Assembly (NCBI GenBank): GCA_963732385.1
Contig: CAVSZB010000007.1
Span: 1,152,001 to 1,216,000, forward strand
Length of the DNA: 64,000 nucleotides
DNA from: an uncultured bacterium
Lineage (GTDB): Bacteria > Krumholzibacteriota > Krumholzibacteriia > LZORAL124-64-63
Direction: 5' to 3'
The translations under genes were made by a program, and so were the position numbers. Numbering within the stretch: the first letter of the stretch is position 1; each line of letters opens with the position of its first letter. Below the pieces are notes generated by a model. That model made no database searches, was not told where the DNA came from, and was given only the letters and a program-made list of their open reading frames with translations. Shown one piece after another: positions 61,738 to 64,000 of this stretch.

Positions 61738-61911
61738 ATGCCTGCGTTCGTTGACTCTGGAAAATGCACCGCCTGCGAGGACTGCATCTCCACCTGCCCG
61801 GTCGAGTGCATCAGCCTGGTCGATGGCAAGGCCATGGTGAACGCTGACGACTGCACCGATTGCGAAGCGTGCGTCGCAGCCTGCCCCGAGGAAGCCATCT
61901 CGATGAAGTAG
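61738..61911 (+). CDS. 2[4Fe-4S] ferredoxin (57 aa)
   Basis: CTACEDCISTCP and CTDCEACVAACP; AAGGAG RBS. Confidence 0.93.
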   Translation: MPAFVDSGKCTACEDCISTCPVECISLVDGKAMVNADDCTDCEACVAACPEEAISMK

Positions 61912-61935
61912 GGCGCCCCTGACCGGCGCACCGAC

Positions 61936-61972
61936 GCAAGGGGTCCCGCCGACCGCGGGACCCCTTGCATTT
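61936..61972. terminator. Hairpin terminator between convergent genes
   Basis: GCAAGGGGTCCCGC...GCGGGACCCCTTGC 14-bp stem. Confidence 0.7.
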
Positions 61973-62048
61973 CCTGGTGCCCTAAAAATTGTTGCCGGAT
62001 TCATCCAGGGGCGTCGGCAGGCACTTTCAGGTCGCACCACCGGGAGCG

Positions 62049-62390
62049 TCACTCCCGTGCCTGGATCTCCTCCAGCACGACCGCCGTCCCGTAGGCCATC
62101 AGTTCCGCCGCCCCGGCCATCACCTCGGCCGAGGCGAAGCGCAGCCCGACCACCGCATTGGCGCCATTGGCGGCGGCCTGCGCTGCGAGGCGGTCGAGCG
62201 CCTCTTCGCGCGCCTCGGCCATCATCTTGGTGCACTCCGCGATTTCGCCCCCGACCAGGTTCTTGAGGCTGGCCAGCAGATCGTGGCCCAGATCGCGCGC
62301 CCGGACGGAGTTGCCGCGCACCAGTCCGATCACCCGGGTCACGCGCGCGCCGGGCACCTCGTCGATCGTCGTCAGCAGCATCCTGTCCAT
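62049..62390 (-). CDS. YbjQ/UPF0145-family protein
   Basis: GLVRGNSVRA..LKNLVGGEI...GANAVVGLRF...MAYGTAV. Confidence 0.9.
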   Translation of the reverse strand: MDRMLLTTIDEVPGARVTRVIGLVRGNSVRARDLGHDLLASLKNLVGGEIAECTKMMAEAREEALDRLAAQAAANGANAVVGLRFASAEVMAGAAELMAYGTAVVLEEIQARE

Positions 62391-62407
62391 CGGATCCTCC
62401 CCGCGCA

Positions 62408-62875
62408 TCAGCGCACGACGTCCTTGTAACGCGTCCGGCGGCGGACATGCAGCCGCTCCCGCACCGTCGCGCCCAACAGCAGCAGGAGACCGCCCGCGGC
62501 CGTCAGAACACCCGCCTTCACCCACCAGGGCAGAGTCACTTCGTGCAGCAGCGCCCCGATCCCGAGCCCCAGCCCCCACGCGCCCAAAACGGCGACTCCG
62601 GCCAGCAGCAGCCCGGCGCCCAGACGGCGCCCGGCGCGCTGGGCGAAGCGGGTCTGGAACGACTCCCACGCCTCGGAAGGCGCCTCCCGCAACTGCAGCG
62701 AACCCATCACGAGATCGAAGCGGCGCAGGCGTGCGGTCTCCTCCCGGCACGCCGCGCAGTGCGTCAGGTGCGCCGACACGCTCGCGGCCTGTCCGGCGTC
62801 GAGTTCACCGTCGGCCCAGGCGGTCAGCCAGGCCGCGTCGCGCGTGTGATCGAAGGAGGCCGGTTCGCCGTTCAT
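62408..62875 (-). CDS. Zinc-binding anti-sigma factor (zf-HC2) with TM helices
   Basis: ADGEL...HLTHCAAC; coupled to the ECF sigma gene. Confidence 0.88.
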   Translation of the reverse strand: MNGEPASFDHTRDAAWLTAWADGELDAGQAASVSAHLTHCAACREETARLRRFDLVMGSLQLREAPSEAWESFQTRFAQRAGRRLGAGLLLAGVAVLGAWGLGLGIGALLHEVTLPWWVKAGVLTAAGGLLLLLGATVRERLHVRRRTRYKDVVR

Positions 62876-63495
62876 CCCCCATCCACCGCCTCGAGCCGGT
62901 GGGCCAGGCGCATTCGCGCGGCGTGCAGCCGCGACATCACCGTGCCGATCGGAATGTCCAGAACCGCCGCGATCTCGCGATATTTAAGACCCTGGAACTG
63001 GTGCAGCATGAGCACCTCCCGCTGCTCGACAGGCAGCGTCTGGATCTCCCCCCACAGCCGCCGGCGCAGGTCCTCGCCCTCCGCCTCGTCCAGCGGGGAA
63101 GGCCGGCTGTCGGGCCGGTTCACGTACTCCAGCGGCACGTCGCCGCGATGCCGTTTCTCGTCACGGCGCTGGTTGAGCGCGCAATTGCGCACGATCCGGT
63201 ACAGCCACGGGTAGAACGGGTCGCCCTCGCGGAACCGCGGCAGCGCTTTCCAGACCCGCAGGAACGCCTTCTGGGTCGCATCCATGGCATCATCGCCGCT
63301 CCCGGCCAGGCCCAGCGCCACTCCGTGGGCACGGCGCCAGTAACGCCGCACCAGGGCTTCGTAGCCCGCCTGATCGCCGGCGAGAAAACGCGCGATGTCG
63401 TGGGCATCGGCGAGCGCCGGATCGGGCGTCGGCTCTCCTACCCGGTCCGCGGCGGCAATATTCGGGGCGGGTTCCGGCCGAAGCGGCTCGTTCAC
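62872..63495 (-). CDS. ECF RNA polymerase sigma factor
   Basis: DATQKAFLRVW, WLYRIVRN, LKYREIAAVLDIPIGTVMSRLHAAR. Confidence 0.92.
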   Translation of the reverse strand: MNEPLRPEPAPNIAAADRVGEPTPDPALADAHDIARFLAGDQAGYEALVRRYWRRAHGVALGLAGSGDDAMDATQKAFLRVWKALPRFREGDPFYPWLYRIVRNCALNQRRDEKRHRGDVPLEYVNRPDSRPSPLDEAEGEDLRRRLWGEIQTLPVEQREVLMLHQFQGLKYREIAAVLDIPIGTVMSRLHAARMRLAHRLEAVDGG

Positions 63496-64000
63496 GGCCC
63501 GTTCCCGCCGTCGGCGGGCGGCCAGGCCTGTCGCCAGGGCACCTCGGGCGCCCCCAGCGCGTGTCCCACCCAGCGGGCGGCCACGAACAGGAAATCGCTC
63601 AGCCGGTTCAGGTAGACGACCGCTTCGCCCGGCAGGACGACCCCCGCGGCGGCGGCGGCCACCGCCCGCCGTTCCACCTGGCGACAGACGGTCCGCGCGA
63701 CGTGACAGGCGGCCGCCGCCTCGCCACCGCCCGGCAGGACAAAAACCTGCAGCGGCGGCAGGTCCGCCTCGAGTTCGTCGATGAGCGCCTCGACGGCCCC
63801 AGCGGCCACGGCAAGCGGCGGCGCCCCCTCCCGCGCCAGCCGGACGGACCGCTCGGGATCGGCCAGGATCGCGCCGAGATCGAACAGCTGCGCCTGCAGG
63901 CCGGTCAACCGCTCCAGCAGCGCCGGCAGGCGGGCGAGCAAAGGAGCGTCGGCGCCGGGACCGGGCGTCCGCGCTTCGCGCGACGCGATCGCGATGGCCA
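63492..64000 (-). CDS. PduO-type cob(I)alamin adenosyltransferase (5'-truncated by the window edge)
   Basis: LQAQLFDLGAILA, FVLPGG, CHVARTVCRQVER, YLNRLSDFLFVAAR. Confidence 0.88.
   Translation of the reverse strand, partial: AIAIASREARTPGPGADAPLLARLPALLERLTGLQAQLFDLGAILADPERSVRLAREGAPPLAVAAGAVEALIDELEADLPPLQVFVLPGGGEAAAACHVARTVCRQVERRAVAAAAAGVVLPGEAVVYLNRLSDFLFVAARWVGHALGAPEVPWRQAWPPADGGNGP

Overview
A very GC-rich, gene-dense bacterial window of about 60 genes. I saw no rRNA, tRNA, CRISPR array or mobile element. Outer-membrane barrels, [FeFe]-hydrogenase and secreted proteins with C-terminal FlgD-Ig/T9SS-like tails suggest an anaerobic diderm of the FCB radiation (Krumholzibacteriota/Eisenbacteria/Latescibacterota-like; inference only). 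Main blocks: (1) a MacAB-type ABC exporter and a LeuT-like transporter; (2) a 9.6-kb operon in which a DRTGG/kinase/degenerate-hydrogenase sensor cassette precedes a Sporomusa-type Nfn (StnABC)-like flavoenzyme, broken by about 17 extra bases that look like assembly errors; (3) rex, a GAF kinase and a TM1266-like gene, divergent from a trimeric [FeFe]-hydrogenase with a short, non-bifurcating-type HydB; (4) two porin-cytochrome modules, one carrying a Rex-like operator; (5) namZ with a MurU-AmgK fusion; (6) a CxxC/RAPP leader ORF ahead of a metal-uptake operon with no ATPase; (7) an intact, coupled gatE-gatD pair, the amidotransferase classically regarded as archaea-specific, among clearly bacterial genes, which is the strongest finding; (8) cysK-cysE, a DUF1573-rhodanese-MauE/DoxX-ferredoxin cluster and an ECF sigma/anti-sigma pair. 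All calls come from motif recognition by eye; no searches were run.
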